From the human T2T-CHM13v2.0 reference genome, Homo sapiens: a stretch of 64,000 bases of DNA. The position numbers and the translations under genes were made by a program. Shown in pieces: positions 24,542 to 42,274 of this stretch. How positions within the stretch are numbered: position 1 is the first letter of the stretch; every line of letters begins with the position of its first letter. Under the pieces are notes generated by a model. The model saw only the letters and a program-made list of their open reading frames with translations. It was not told where the DNA came from and searched no databases. The stretch lies in NCBI RefSeq assembly GCF_009914755.1, contig NC_060928.1; one strand, written 5' to 3'.

Positions 24542-27339
24542 TAAGAGCTGAGGGGTAGCAGGGGTGGGGCTGGTGCTGGGCAGAGGCCAGGATGGCTCCC
24601 AGGACGTATGGGCGGTCTGGGCACTGTCCCTCGGAGGCAGCAACACTCATGGTGGTGCCCACTGACCTCACACCCTGCTCCCCCATAGGGAGGCGGCGGC
24701 TGCCAGTGCCCTCCCCACCACCAAGCTCCCAAGCTCAGCAGGGGTTTCAGGGGCCTACTGCGTCATTGGGGAAATTGAGACTGCAAGTGAGAAGGAGGCT
24801 CAGTGCTCTGCGACTTGGAGCATCCACTGAGCCTCTGCCATGAGCCGGTGAGCCCCACTGGGGCTGGCCCTAGGGTCACGGTGGGGTATTTCCAGAAATC
24901 ACCAGGTGAGGTGCAGGACCAGCCAGCGCATGGGTGGGGCTTACGGTGCGAAGAAGAAAGAGGTGGAGGCCTGCCCTGGCCCAGGACTCCCAGCGTGGGG
25001 GCTCCCGGCCTGGCCCCACCTCTGCTCCTGCTACATGGCAGGTGGGCCCTTCCTGCCCTGGCAACCTGCAGGGAAGGCCGGAGGGGACCACCCAGCCAGG
25101 GAGATGTTGGCGTCTAGGAGGGGACAGGTGTGGTCCCACACACCCAGCATCTTAAAGTGCGTGGGTCCCCAGCCCATTAGGACAGGGTCCCGGGTGGGCA
25201 GGGGTCATGGTGGGGTGAAGGTCTCAGGCACAGGCAAGGTCACAGGTGCGGTGAGGGTCTTGCAGGGTGTGAAGGTCATAGGTGTGCGGTGAAGGTCACA
25301 GGTGTGGGGTGATGGTTTTGGGTGTGGGGAGGGTCTTGCACGGAGCGAGGGTGGCAGCAAGAGCTGGAAGCTGCAGGGGGAGAATGGCAGCAGAGAGCAC
25401 CCGGCCCTGTGGGCGGCCTGGACAGGGCTGGGCCTGGGGCTGCCGGAGAGCCTGTCAGCTTCCAGGATGGGAGTGGCCTCACTCAGCTGCTCCACCTCCG
25501 GGTCAGGCAGGTGAGCCTGGGGCAGAGAGGCTGAGAGCACCTGAGCCACTTGTGGGAGAGGCCACCCCCACTGCCCCCCTCAGGCGAGGAGCCGGCCTCC
25601 AGCACAGCAGAAGGGAACCCCCAGTCCCCAGCCCTAGTGGGAGTGGGGAAGAGGCCCAGCAAGGCCCCGGACAGACCGCCAGCCTGTGAGGTCTCCGCTT
25701 TCAGTTGCGTTGATTTGATTTTTTCTGAGCCTTGAAGGAGGGGTCCGGGGCCTGGCCCTGCCCAAAGGCCCCTAGGCAGGCCCCAAAGCCGGGACCTAGG
25801 GTGCTGAGCATGACGGATGTTGGGTTTGAGCGGCTGGCTTGCGACGTGAGGGCTGAGGTGTGAGCCTGGGTATCTTCAGAGGTTCGGTGGACACAGGCAG
25901 CTGCCCGCGGCCCCACTGTTCCCGTGGCCTCCTAGTCCTGCTCAGGCACCTGGTGAGGAAGGGACGCAGAGGGCAGTGGGAGGTGGCCACGACTGTTCCA
26001 GCAGGCTCCCCTCTGACTCAGGAATTCACGGGCACCACCTCCCTGGCTGGCTCTGGTTGGTGTCTGGCCAGGTTATTCATTATTTATGCTGAAAGCCTCT
26101 TCAGAGTCCCAGGGGAGGGTTTCTGTCTCCATTCCTGGAGGCTGAGAGATGAGGGTGCAGCAGAGTGGGGGCCTCCACTCCAGACCCTGCAGTCTGGGCT
26201 GGCCAAGGGCTGCACCGGTGCACTGCACGTCATGGCTGATGAAGCACTTCCACACCGCAGCCCCTCAGAGCTGCCACAGTCAGCCTTAGTTCACCGAGGG
26301 GGAAGCTGAGGCCCAGAGCATGAGAGGGACTTGCCCAGGGCCACATAGTCCTTAGCAGAGGAAGCTGTGGCTGGGTGACTCGATCTTTGTCCTTTTTCTT
26401 TATACCCGCAGTCTCCCCATAGCAGAGGCTTTTCTTTTTTTTTTCTTTTTCTTTTTTTTTTTTTTACAAGAACTCTTTATATATTAAGGCTGTTGGGCTG
26501 AAGAAGCCTGAGAGGGTGGCTGGTTCTGTGGAGCATGGTTTGTTGAAGTACAGTTTGGGGGCCTCCTACACTGAGAATAGGCCTTTTCTCGTTTCTCCAA
26601 AGAGTGGGCTGGCTCAAGTAGGGCAGAGAGAGAAGCCTGGGGCAGAGGTTAGGGATGGGCACCCAGCGCCTGCCCTCACACGCTCTGTGCTGGTGTCTTC
26701 ACAGCCACGTGCCACCCTGGGCAGCATCCCCTGCTCACCATCTGGCTGTGCCTGTTTGCTGGGGGCACCTCATTCAGAATCCAGCTTATTGTTTCCAACG
26801 GCCAATGGCCACACCCTGGCAGGTAGCAAGAGTAGGAGAGAGGAGACACCCACTCCGAGCACAGGTTGGGTTTGGAGCCCGGCCTTGGGGCACTCTGTCA
26901 CTCAAAGGCAGAGTGGGGAGTGGGCACTGGGCCTTAGGAGGTACTGGGTCCAGTGAGGCAGAGATGCCCCTGCCCCACCCCCACCTTGTGGCTTCTTCCC
27001 TGGCCTGGCCAGAGCTGTCTGGCCGCCATGGGGCCCTGTGTCTCCTGCCTTGACCTCCCAGAGGGCAGCCGAGGCCCAGGGGAGGCCTGGGGACTTAGCC
27101 TCTCAGGGCAGGACCTGTCTGCAGGAGTAGGTGGGTGCTGGGGGTCCCAGTGGTAATGAGGCATCAGGCAGTGTGGGAAGGGGCCCATCCGGCCCACCCC
27201 AGGGCCTCTGGGCAGGTTGCAGGTTGTAGCGCTGGATCTAGGCTCCTGCCCAGACTGTAGGTTCAACCAAGAATGGCATGGGAGCCCAGCCTGCTGTTTG
27301 CTTTATTAAATCTGCCCTGTAGCTGGGGGAGGGGCTTAC

Positions 27340-27445
27340 TTTGATCATCACTATGTCATTGATATAAAAATAGAGGCTCAGAGAGGTGAATGAACCTGCC
27401 CAAAGTCACACAGCAAAGTGTGGAGATGAGATACTGACTCAGGGC
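27340..27445. mobile_element. MIR fragment
   Basis: AAATAGAGGCTCAGAGAGGTGAATGAACCTGCCCAAAGTCACACAGC MIR core; similar fragments near 26300, 28480, 30370 and 61510. Confidence 0.65.
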
Positions 27446-27809
27446 TGTGGACACTGAAGCCTGTGCTCTAACGCCAGTGGCTGTCGCTCCCTGAGGCATT
27501 CTCTCCCGAACAACACAGTTATTATATTACAAAATATTATCACTATATTTATATATCTTATAATACCTTATTATTACAATAAAACCTTATTACTCTACCT
27601 TTCAAAATGAATTATTTAAAAAGCAGTATTTGCTCATTGCAGAGAGTCTAGAAACTATAGAAAAGCAAGGGAAAAGCAATAGGACCAGCCCCAAGGTCCC
27701 AGCATGCACAGATAACCTTAGTAATACTGGGACGTGTGCTTCCTTTTTAACATCTGAGCCCGTGTAGGTCCTGAAGCCCAGCTTCTTTCTAAGTCCATTG
27801 TCATCTTGA

Positions 27810-28241
<432 letters not shown>

Positions 28242-29977
28242 TAGTGTGTCTGCTTGTCCTTCCCCTGCCCTGGGGTATCTCAGCCCCCGCCATTTAGAGA
28301 AAGGGACTGGGAGTGGCAAGGCCGGCGGCGGCGGCCACAGTGGTTGCAGAGGCCGTGGCTGCGGGCAGCGCCTCCAGGGACAGGCGGCCTCAGACCAGGG
28401 AGGGCTTTAGTGTCCACAGGCAGACCGAGTTTGTCTCCCAGCTCCATCACTTTTGAGCTGCACGGAAAGTTCCTTGACTTCTCTGGCCTCAGTCTCCCTC
28501 CTATAAAATGGGGGTAAATCAGTACCTTTCTCAGAGGGTGGCTGGGAGCATCACAGGAGAGAAGACGCAGCATGGGGCCCGGCACACGGAGGGAGACCAA
28601 GCCCCAGACCCCAGAATGCGCCCCCTGGCCTCCCTTAGCCCACACAGACCCCACCCTCACAGGCTAGCTGCCCTCTCAGCACTGGGGAGGGTGTCGGGCT
28701 GCACCTCATCACGTGTTGCCGTGGGCATGACCCGTCCCCTCTGCCATCCATCCCACACCTCAGACCCGTCCCGTGCTGGCCACGTGACTGTGCCTGCAAG
28801 ATGCTCACAGGGCAGCCGGGAGCCAGGCAGCATGCAGGACAGACACCTGCGGGGTGGGCCTGGGGAGCCCAGAGAAGGTGCTTTTGAGGAGGGGACATTT
28901 GGGGTGGGCTTTCAAGGTAAAATAGAAGTTGGCCATTTGGAGGCAAGAACAGGAAGATTGTGGATTTGAGTCACAGCTTCTCCCCTGCCCTGGTCTTCAA
29001 GTCTTTCTGACAGGAGGTGTCAGAAAAGTATCTTTAGTAGAGAAGGCGTCTCCGAGGAGGGTCCCTCTCATGCCGGGGGCCGCTGCTTGACTCAGGATTT
29101 CTCATTGAAGACCTGAGACAAAAACGCTTTTGCTGGCAGCTAGAAGGAACCAGCAGGAGGCCTGAGATTTGTGGCTGTTGTTCCCGTGGACTGAGCCCAG
29201 TTCTCAGACTCAGCTGCCTGGGGCCTTGCACAGGACTGGGGCGTGGGGGCTGCCCTCCCTGATCAGGCCCAAAGCGCGGATCTCACGCCCCTGAGGTTGG
29301 CTGTACCCTCTCAGCTCAGAGCAGAGTGTGGGCCAGGGATGAGCAGGCACTGGAGCAGGGCCCTGGGGTCTGTGGGTTTTGGCAGCTCCCTGCCCTTCAG
29401 GGAGGTCTGCTGAGACCACGGGTGGCCCCTACCCCAGCAGCAGAGCTCTCAGGAGGCGCCCACAGGGCTGGACTGCCTTTACTCACCACCTCTACCAGAG
29501 CTCTGAGGTCCTGGGGAGAGAGCCCAGGCCTCTTGTGGGCCCCACACCCTCTAGGTGCCTGTCCTTCTGCCTCTCTACCAAGGTGTGCCGGCCCCATTTC
29601 TAGGCCGCCGGGAGATAAGGGGGCTCACATCTCAGGCCCTTCCTTCTGGGACCTCAGTTTCCCCATCTGCCTAAGGCCGGGTGGGGCTGGTGGTCTTGGC
29701 TTCCCTACAGGGGTCCTGAGTACTCTGCACTACCCAGCACCCCCCACCCCTGCCTTCATCTCTCCCTGGGGGTGGTCTCTCCACCCCTGGCCCCCAACTG
29801 GGGCTGAGCCCCCACCTGCCCAGTTTGGTGGGTGAAGGGTGCTCCCTGGCAGGATATGCCCCTCTGCAGCCCAGAACATCCCACCCTTTCCAGACCGAAG
29901 GGGTGTGGATTGTCCTGGGACCCTGGTCATTGGGGTCATCCGCTAGTCGCAAAGGACGGCAATGCCTGTGGCCTCTC

Positions 29978-30281
<304 letters not shown>

Positions 30282-30351
30282 ACCCCTGTTACTTTCTGTC
30301 AAAGGCGGTGGGTTCTGGCCCCTCCTTTGCACATGGAATATGAGACCCTGA

Positions 30352-30723
<372 letters not shown>

Positions 30724-31341
30724 GCCAGCAGGCGGCGGCGGCGGCGGGGCCGGGCGGCTGGTGGTACTGCTCAGGCCACCCAGGGCAGGCCACTCAGGCC
30801 AGGCGGGCAAGGGGGCCGCCCCGCGAGCGGAGACCGCCTTCCACCTGGCCTCTGGCAGGATGTCCCTTCTGAGGGGTATTTTGAGGAACCCCCAGGCCCT
30901 GGGGACCGTGAGGCTCCAGTCTCCAGCATGAATGCCCTTCCTCGGACACAGGCCAGGGCCTCTGGGGTTCACTCCGAGTAAGAACGTCCTAGAGCCACTC
31001 TCCAGTGTCGTTACTATCAATGATACTTGACGTGGCTTTGATATTAAACGTATACTTTTTCATTCTTGCCTGGAACGCACAGTTTGCTGTTGCTGGCTTG
31101 GTGAGGATGCCCTGATTGATGGATCCCGAAAATGAAAGCAGATGGAAACGGGTTGGGGCAGGCTGGAGCTGGGGGAGCTCTCTCCTGAAGGGAACCCTGT
31201 GTCCTCCCTCACCAGGACCTCTGCGTCTCTCCTTAAATGGCCTCTGACGCCTGATGAAAACCCCAGCGACCTTCCAGGAGGCTTTTATTCAGCTCTGTTT
31301 GGAGCATCAGGTGTTTCCACTGCCTCCTTAGCAATGACACT

Positions 31342-31347
31342 AATAAA
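31342..31347 (+). terminator. MSANTD1: MSANTD1 poly(A) signal AATAAA (alternative ATTAAA at 31043-31048)
   Basis: First canonical hexamer after the stop, about 620 nt downstream. Confidence 0.75.
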
Positions 31348-33344
31348 AGTCGTAACACCTGTTCACATGCACAGCCCTGTTGAGTGTTCTGGGTGCTGGA
31401 GATATCATGGTGGATGACACAAAGGCCCTGGCCTCTTGGAGCTTATGCTCCCATGCGGGGAAGACACATGGGTCAGTAGAGAAATGGTTGCAGGTTGTGA
31501 TAAGTGCTGGAAGGGAGGGGTTGGCCTGAGGACACGGAGGCAGACATACGTGGAGCTGGGAACAGTGGCCACACAGGGAACGGCCAGTGCGAAGGCCCAG
31601 AGGCAGAGGACACTGGAGCAAGCCCAGGAGCAGCTAGGAGGCTGGTGGCCAGCAGCCAGGCCACGGAAGCCCGTGCAGCCCGTGGGGAGGAGTGTTCATG
31701 CTTTTCAAGCTTAGTGGGAGTCTTTTGGCCAGTGCAGCTCTGGGTCTGACATCGGTGGGGGACAGAGGGGTGGTGGAGCGGCCACAGCTGCAAGCTCACC
31801 TCACTGCCGGCCCTTCCACCAGTTTCAAACTCTTTCTAGAAGCTCCAGCTTTCCCAAAGCTGAATTCTCTATGAGCCTCCTTGGCCGGGACTCGGGCGTC
31901 TGGTTGCCCTGGCTGCAAAGGAGGCTGGGGCCAGGTGTGTTTGAGTCACCTCCTGGAATTAGGCAAGTTGCTGCCCAAATAGAAGGTTGTTGGCAGGTGG
32001 GTCAGCAGGTGAACAGCATGGTTTGACTCAGGGTTCAGAAAAATCTCCCTCTGGCTGCCAAGCGAGCAGGCCGTGGAGACAGGTGCAGAGGCAGGTGTGG
32101 CAGCAGGCATCCTGCCAGGCAGTGCTGCAGTCATCCTGCGACAAGCAGCAGCAGCTCATCCTACCCTCTAGGGGGTCTTGAGGTCAGCCAGGCAAGAGAG
32201 CAGCTTGGACTCCACTGGGTGTGGGACCAGCCTGTGGACCATGGTGGTGTGGAGGGTGCCCTCGGCCTGCCTGTGTGAAGGAGAGGCCGGCGTGTTCTGT
32301 GGAGCCCAAAGGGGAGCTGGGCAAGCAGGATTCACTTCACTCTGAGGGTCCTGGAGCTCCCACCCTCCTCAGCCATCTCCCCAGAGCCTGTGTGCCGAGG
32401 ACTCGGCCCATGTTGCTGTGGGATGAGAGGCAGAGTGTCGTGAGGGTGTAAGGAGCGGCGGCAGTGGTGGGAGGAGGGAGCAGCAGCCAGCGCTACGGTG
32501 CCAGTTTCCAGCTGCCAGATGACGCCGCTGACCCTGTGGTTGAGAAGAGATGCACAGAGCCAGCTCTTGCAAGCCAGTGTGGCTGCCATAGCACCTGCCG
32601 AGAAGCAGAAGGAAGGGTGGCCCCAGGAGGACAGAGGATGCGGGCACATCTGATGCGGGCCTGAGTTTTGGGAGCTTTTGCTCTAGCCAGTTTCCAGCTC
32701 CGGGACCCACCCGCCTCGTAGGCAAGACACCACCCAAGAAATCATTTGCTTAACAAACACACTGGGCTCCAACTGGACACCTGTGCCACCCTAGATGCTG
32801 GGAACCCAGCCATGACACAGGCACCTGCCCCCAGCTGCTGACCACTGAGGCTGGCTAGCAGCTCCCATGGGGCCAGTGTGGGGTTCCCCAGCCTCCTAAC
32901 AGGGAGCCAGTCACAAGCCCTCGAGAGGGAAGGGTGCCCGCGGCCCTGGCAGGAAGGTTAGGCTGGACGCTCCCACAAGACATAACAGATGGAGGTTCTA
33001 AATGATGTAGCAACTTCTTCACCCTGAAACTGCTGTAGAGTCAGCCATGACGCACCGGTACTTCAGTAACTGCCAGGCATCCGGGACAGCACACCGCGAG
33101 TCGCTGCTGTGCTTGGGTTAGAAGTGGTTTGGTCTGTTTTCTTCTCGCCCTCTCTAATCAGAGTCAGTGATTCATGCCCTTCCATCACCTTAGAGAAGGG
33201 GCAGGCGCTGCCCGACCTTCTCCAGGCTGGAGCAGCATCGCCTCATGTCAGCAGAACTCAGCTGTAGAATATCGTGGGGTTGGTGCCTTTCATCAGCAGC
33301 ATGTCCTTAACAACTTTCTGATTTCTTCCTTAGTTGTTGGTCCA

Positions 33345-34225
<881 letters not shown>

Positions 34226-34521
34226 GTCCAAGGCCAGTCAGCGTGAGAAGACCGCTCGGCCTCCCTCGGAGTCGGGGAGTTGGAACCGCAGACTGAGATC
34301 ATGTGGCTGCTGGAGGCCAGGACGAACGTCGGGAAATGGAGACTCCTGCGTTGCTGGTGGGATGTGGTGCAGCCGCTTCCAGGAGCAATTTGGTGTCCCG
34401 TCCTAAAGCTGAAGAAACGCATTTCCTCTGGTCAGTGCCACTCCTAGACAGGCCACCCTGCGGCAGCCGTCCTCAAACTGGTCTGAGGACCCCTCAACGC
34501 TCTTAAAAATCATTAAAAGTG

Positions 34522-34909
<388 letters not shown>

Positions 34910-35291
34910 TTAGAATATCTTATTAGAAATTAAACCTGAGACCTTTAGAAAACATGTATTCATTTCAAAATAGCAATAAACCCATGACATATTAACATAA
35001 ATAACAATTGTATGAAAAATATATTTTCCAAAACAAAAAGTTTTCGGGAGAAGTGTGGCATAGTTTTACATGGTCGTAAATCTCTGGCTTAAGAGAAGCC
35101 CACTGGCCTCTCAGCAGGCTCTGGGTCCGTCCACTTTGGGGGTGTTTTGGTTGTGAAGTATAGGAGTGAATGGAGAAGCTCATTCTTACCCAGATGTGTA
35201 TTTGAAAAGAAAAGGAACATTTTAATAACCTTTGCAAATAATCGGTATATTCTTCCGTGATCCTATTCCAACACTGGACAGGTGGTGGTTT

Positions 35292-35603
35292 GTTTTTTTT
35301 TTTTGGAGACGGAGTCCCGCTCTGTCACTCAGGCTGGAGTGCAGTGGCGCGATTTCAGCTCACTGCAAGCTCCGCCTCCTGGGTTCACTGCAAGCTCTGC
35401 CTCCCGGGTTCACGCCATTCTCCTGCCTCAGCCTCCTGAGTAGCTGGGACTACAGGCGCCCGCCACCACACCTGGCTAATTTTTTGTATTTTTAGTAGAG
35501 ATGGGGTTTCACTGTGTTAGCCAGGATGGTCTCAATCTCCTGACATCGTGATCCACCCGCCTCGGCCTCCCAAAGTGCTGGAATTACAGGTGTTAGCCCG
35601 GCC
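35292..35603 (-). mobile_element. AluY-like with an internal 25-bp duplication, TSD GACAGGTGGTGGTTT
   Basis: TCACTGCAAGCTCYGCCTCCYGGGT duplicated at 35360-35409; TSD at 35277 and 35604. Confidence 0.92.
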
Positions 35604-38600
35604 GACAGGTGGTGGTTTTTTACTGGCCGGTTGTGTGTGGAATCTGATACCCTATCAATGAACTTCTACTTCATTTCAGGAGAATCCATTGGTCCGTCTT
35701 GTGCTTCAAGGACTCTGTCCATCATGCCTTTGTGACCTCACACGCTGGGCCTTTGGTTCACTAAGTTATGCGGATATTCCAAATGCTGACACAGTTCCTT
35801 AATCAGTATTTTAAAATCACTTTTGGCGATATCACCAATCTTAGAAAAGTCTTTCAGTTGGAAAGGTGGTGAACTCATGGTGGTGTCTTTCAGAATTCTG
35901 ATTTTTGCATGAAAGCTTGAATTTTATCATTGGTAACAAATGCTGTCAGCTATTTTCTTTGAATGAGACAGGCTCACTTTGTTCGTTTTCCAAAAAAAAA
36001 AAGTCTGCCAGGACACCCAAGGCTGAACAACCAGAGTTTTTGCACATCCTTTTTTTGAGTAAAAAGTGTGCTCCATACGTGTGTTCCAGATCCAGACGGC
36101 AGCTCAGCCCATTGCACACCTGCATTTCCTCAGCGTGGACGTGGGGCAGGCGCGCCTTCCAGTTGCTCGGGCAGGACGTTGAAAAGATGTGGACCCAGGG
36201 GTCAAGACCTCACACACTCGACCATTTTCACTCCATCACGGACATTTGGAAGTGACCGGCGTTTCACACTGCAGCTGTGCGGTGCGAAAACCCCTCAGGG
36301 CTGCGCCGGGGCTCGGGGCCTGCCTGCGTTCCTGCTCAGGTCTTGCCACATCAGTGCGCATGTCAGCTCCGTGAAGACCCCGTGAAGACCCCGTGATCAT
36401 CAGACTATGATGAAAGCAGCTGCAACCTCAGGGACCCTTGGTGACCCACAGGCCGAGACCTGAGAACCACTGCCTGAATGCTGGAGCGGGCACACAGGTG
36501 ACCTGAGCGAGCCTCGTCTGTCCTTGCCCGGTACCCAGAGCTGGCTCACTGGCGATTGGTGGACGCACGGGCGCTGTCACACAAAGGGGCCCTCCGTGTG
36601 ACTGGGTGGCGTCATCACAGACAGCGTGTGGGAACCGTGCCCCCAAGCGGGCCCAGAGGGACTCCCTGCTGTCTTGTAGGCACTGGGGATAGGGTCAGGT
36701 GGAAAGCAGATACAAATCTTTGTCTTTACAGGGTTTCGAGTTGAGGGTGGGGCTAGACCAACAATAAACACGTAAGTGTCTAGTATGTTAGAAGAGAGGT
36801 GCTTTCCAGGGAAATAAGGCTGTAGGGGGATTGGAGCCGTGGGGTGAGAGAAAAGGCCTTCAAAAAATGTCATGTGAGCGGATGGAGTGGGAGGGGCGCC
36901 CTCACCTGAGCACTGGGAGCTGCACTGTCTAGGTGGGAGCTGGCTCTGAGGGCGAGGTGGGCCTGGACAGGGACACCCTGCTTTCTGCTGGGACAAGAGA
37001 GTCCCGGAGCAGGGAGGGTCAGGTGTGGCGTGGAGCCTGGGAGGTGGGTGAGGGGTGCTCAGGAGGCATCCTGGCCTAGGGGAGGATAGAATGGTTGGAC
37101 TGGCACAGGCCTTGGCTGTTGCCCGGGCATGGGGAAAAACCAGAACCTCTGTGTGCTGGCTTTGCGCTCGTGGCCATCTCCAGGACTCAGAACATGCGAG
37201 AGGCACGCAAGGTGGAGCGTGTGGGAGAAGGTGCTGCCTGTGGTTTCAGCCCAAGTTCATCTCAGCTGGGTCCGGAGGGAGAGGGCACCCTACCCCTAGA
37301 ACACGAGCATCTTACAGTAGAAAAAGCCAGTTGGAAGCCCCTGGGGACCGCCTTACCTTCTAAAATAGAAGCCAAGAACTGACACATCTGTGAGGGACAT
37401 GACCAGCCAAGCCGTGAACACTGCGCACATGTGAATTCCTGGTACATCCGTGGCTTGTGCAGGGACCACCACAGGCTCCCCTCAGCTCAGGGAAGTGGGA
37501 CCCCTGCACAGCCCCTGCCCTGCATGCAGCAGTCCACCTGGTGCCTTTCGCTGCCCTCTGTTTATCTCCGCCTTGCTGGGCACTAGCTCAGCTTCACTGC
37601 TTTCCGTCAAGGCTAATCTGCTCTCCTGCTCTGCACCACCATGTCCAGACCTTGAGCGCCTCGTCCCCCACAAATGTCATATTTACCCCCTAGAGGACCT
37701 AGAGGACAGGAGGGAGTGGGTATGCTGGGTAGCGTGGTAAAACCCACACGTGTCTCAGGTCTGCCCTCCCCGTTGGGGCCAAGTGCCCGACCTTGCACTC
37801 CCTAAGAAAGGCTGTGACGTTTGGGGAACGCCTTTGGGGCTGGAGCCACACTTGGGCCTCATTTGGATGTTTTCCCTGATCCTTTTTCCAGGTAGCCCAC
37901 AGGCTACAGCTGAGGGTGTGCCCAGGGCGAGAGAAGACTCTGCGGGGCTCTGGGCTGCCCTTGCGGCGTGAGCCGTGCACTCCTGCTGCCGGGCGTGCTG
38001 GGCAGAGGGGATGTCTGGGGTCTTGGACAGCTCTTCCTAGGAGGTCACGGAGGAAGCCCTGCAGCTTTGGAACTAAGCTACACCAGCACTGGGAAGTTCT
38101 CCTTTGGAAACGGTTTTTAGGGTGTGCACCTCTCAGCCTGAGTCCGATCTCACAGAGACTGTGTGAGCTGCTGCTCGCCCTCGTGACCCCCTTCAGCTCA
38201 TGCCAGCCTGCCTGATCTGCCGCTAAGAACCAGCGCTGGCACAGTGTGCGTCTGTCCCCTGCCCAGGCTTTTCTCGCACAAGTACCTGCTGCTCTGAACC
38301 TTGCCATTTTCGGCAATATACCTGCGTTAAAAAGGTTTGCTTCTTGTTAATGCTGGCAGAATGCCCTCCTCCTCTTGAACGGGAGAATCGGATTCCAGTG
38401 TGTGGAGGCACAGTCATCTCGTGGGTCCCTTACTGATGGAGAGACTGTTCCAGGCTTTCTCTGCAATAAACCGTGGTGCAGCGGATGTCTCTCTGTGTAC
38501 TTGTGTACACTAGTGAGTTTTGAAGGATGAGACAAAACACTTATAACTCTAGGGGAAACGAAAAGTTGTACAGGAAAGGGAAAGTCAGGCTACAAATGGC

Positions 38601-38717
38601 TTACACGTGAGGTCGGGTTGAGATTTACTTTTTTCCACACAGATATCCCGTTGTTACAGCACCGTTTGTAGAAGAGGGTGTCCTGTCGCTATGGAGTGGC
38701 TTTGGACTCTTTCTTGA

Positions 38718-39279
<562 letters not shown>

Positions 39280-39631
39280 TAGAAGAGAACAGTTCAGTGG
39301 CATCGAATACATTCACATCGTTATGCAGCCATCACCACCATCCCTCCACAGAATTCTTCTCATCTTGTCAAATGGAAACTCTGTCCCCCTTAAACACAAA
39401 GTCCCATTATCTCCCCAACTCCCCAGCCCCGGGCACCCACCACTCTTTCTGTCTGTGCATTTGACTACTCTAGGGACCTCATATAAGTGGAATCACACAA
39501 TATTTGTCCTTTTGTGCTGCTTATTTCACTCGGCATAATGTCCCATCCATGCTGTAACATGTCAGAGGTTCCTTCCTTCTCAAGGCTGAGTAATATTCCA
39601 CTGTCTTCCACCACGTTTTGTTTATCCATTC

Positions 39632-39931
39632 TTTTTTTCTTTTTTTTTTGAGACAAGGTCTCACTCTGTCACCCAGGCTGAATGAAGTGGTGCCATCATA
39701 GCTCACTGCAGCCTCGACCCCCCCAGGCTTAGGTGATCCTCCCACCTCAGCCTCCTCAGTAGCTGGGACTACAGGGGCTCGCTGCTACATTCGGTTAATT
39801 TTTATATTTTTTGTAGAGACGGGTTTTCGCCATGATGCCCAGGCTTGTCTGGAACTCTTGGGCTCAAGTGATCTGCCCACTTCAGCCTCCTGAAGTGCTG
39901 GGGTCACAGGTGTGAGCCACCGTCTCTGGCC
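39632..39931 (-). mobile_element. Alu (AluJ-like)
   Basis: Diverged dimer with ATCATAGCTCACTGCAGCCTCG and GGGCTCAAGTGATC. Confidence 0.88.
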
Positions 39932-40324
39932 TTGATTCATCTTTTGATGGATACTCGAGTTGCTGTGCCTTTGAGCTAATGTAAGTAGTGCTGTCATGAA
40001 CATGGGCTGTGTACGAATGTCTCTTAGAGACCCTACGTCCAGTGCTTGTGGGAATACTCAGAAGTGGAATTACTGGGTCGTATGGTAAATCTATATTTAA
40101 CTTCTTGAGGAATCAGTAGCAAATATTTTTGTACTATTCCTACATACAGAATTTCTGGATCAAAGGAGGATGCATTTAGATTTTTAATAGATTTTGTCAG
40201 AATGCCTCCTCAAGATGCTATTTAAATAATTTCAGATCCTAAAAAAGAGAAAAATGTCCCCATTCATGTTATGAACCAATCAAAGCCTTAATACCAAAAC
40301 CCGATTTTTTAGAAGTACAAAACA

Positions 40325-40634
40325 GGCCAGATACGGTGGCTCACACCTGAAATCCGAGCACTTTGGGAGACCAAGGTAGGTGAATCGCTTGAGCCCAGGA
40401 GTTCGGGACCAGCCTGGGCAACATAGCAAGACCTGTCTCTACAAAAAATACAAAAATTAGCCAGGCGTGGTGGCACATGCCTGTAGTCCTGGCTACTCTG
40501 GAGGCTGAGGTGGGAGGATCACCTGAGTCTGGGATGTCAGGGCTGCAGTGAGCTGAGATTGTGTCGTGCACTCCAGCCTAGGTGACAGAGCAAGACATTT
40601 TCTCAAACAAAACAAAACAAAACAAAAACAGAAA
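40325..40634 (+). mobile_element. Alu (AluJ-like)
   Basis: GCTTGAGCCCAGGAGTTCG; (CAAAA)n tail. Confidence 0.88.
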
Positions 40635-41214
40635 AGATTTGCCATGTTCTTGTGTGGGTGGATAAGAAGAAAATGCCAAGCTCCCGAGGCAGGATATAAA
40701 TGTAATTCCAAGTAGAGCCTGGCACATCTGAACAGTGGAAGCTCAGTGATGAGAATGCATAGACATAGAGGGGAGCAACGCACACCGTGGCTGTCGGAGG
40801 CGAGGCTGGGAGGGGAGAGGATCAGAAAAACAAGTAGTGGGTCCTTGGCTTGACTTAAAAGGCTGAACCTGAAAAGGAAAGTGGGATAAAATGATTTTAA
40901 GCTTCTTGTGGAAGAAAATAAAGGAAAAGAGGAGCAGCGGCCCCAGGGCCGGTTCACTAGGGAGAGAAACCTATGTCAGTTCCCAGCACTCAAAGCCACG
41001 TGGCGCTGCCACAGAACAAACAGTGTGGGGCACGCGCGGCCACACGGGGACAGCCCAGCTCGCCACGAGGGTCACCCTCATGTCTAGCGGTGCATAGGTG
41101 TGCTGGTGCAAAAAATAAGGACCTGTACAACCTCGCACGTGGCTTTCCATATGGGCTCTTTATTCAAAGTTGGTGTCAGGTGGATTAAAGGCTCATGTAA
41201 AAAACGGAGATATT

Positions 41215-42274
<1,060 letters not shown>

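Noticed and set aside
30731-30750. (GGC)5 just after the MSANTD1 stop codon
   Set aside because: Too short to suggest an expansion locus
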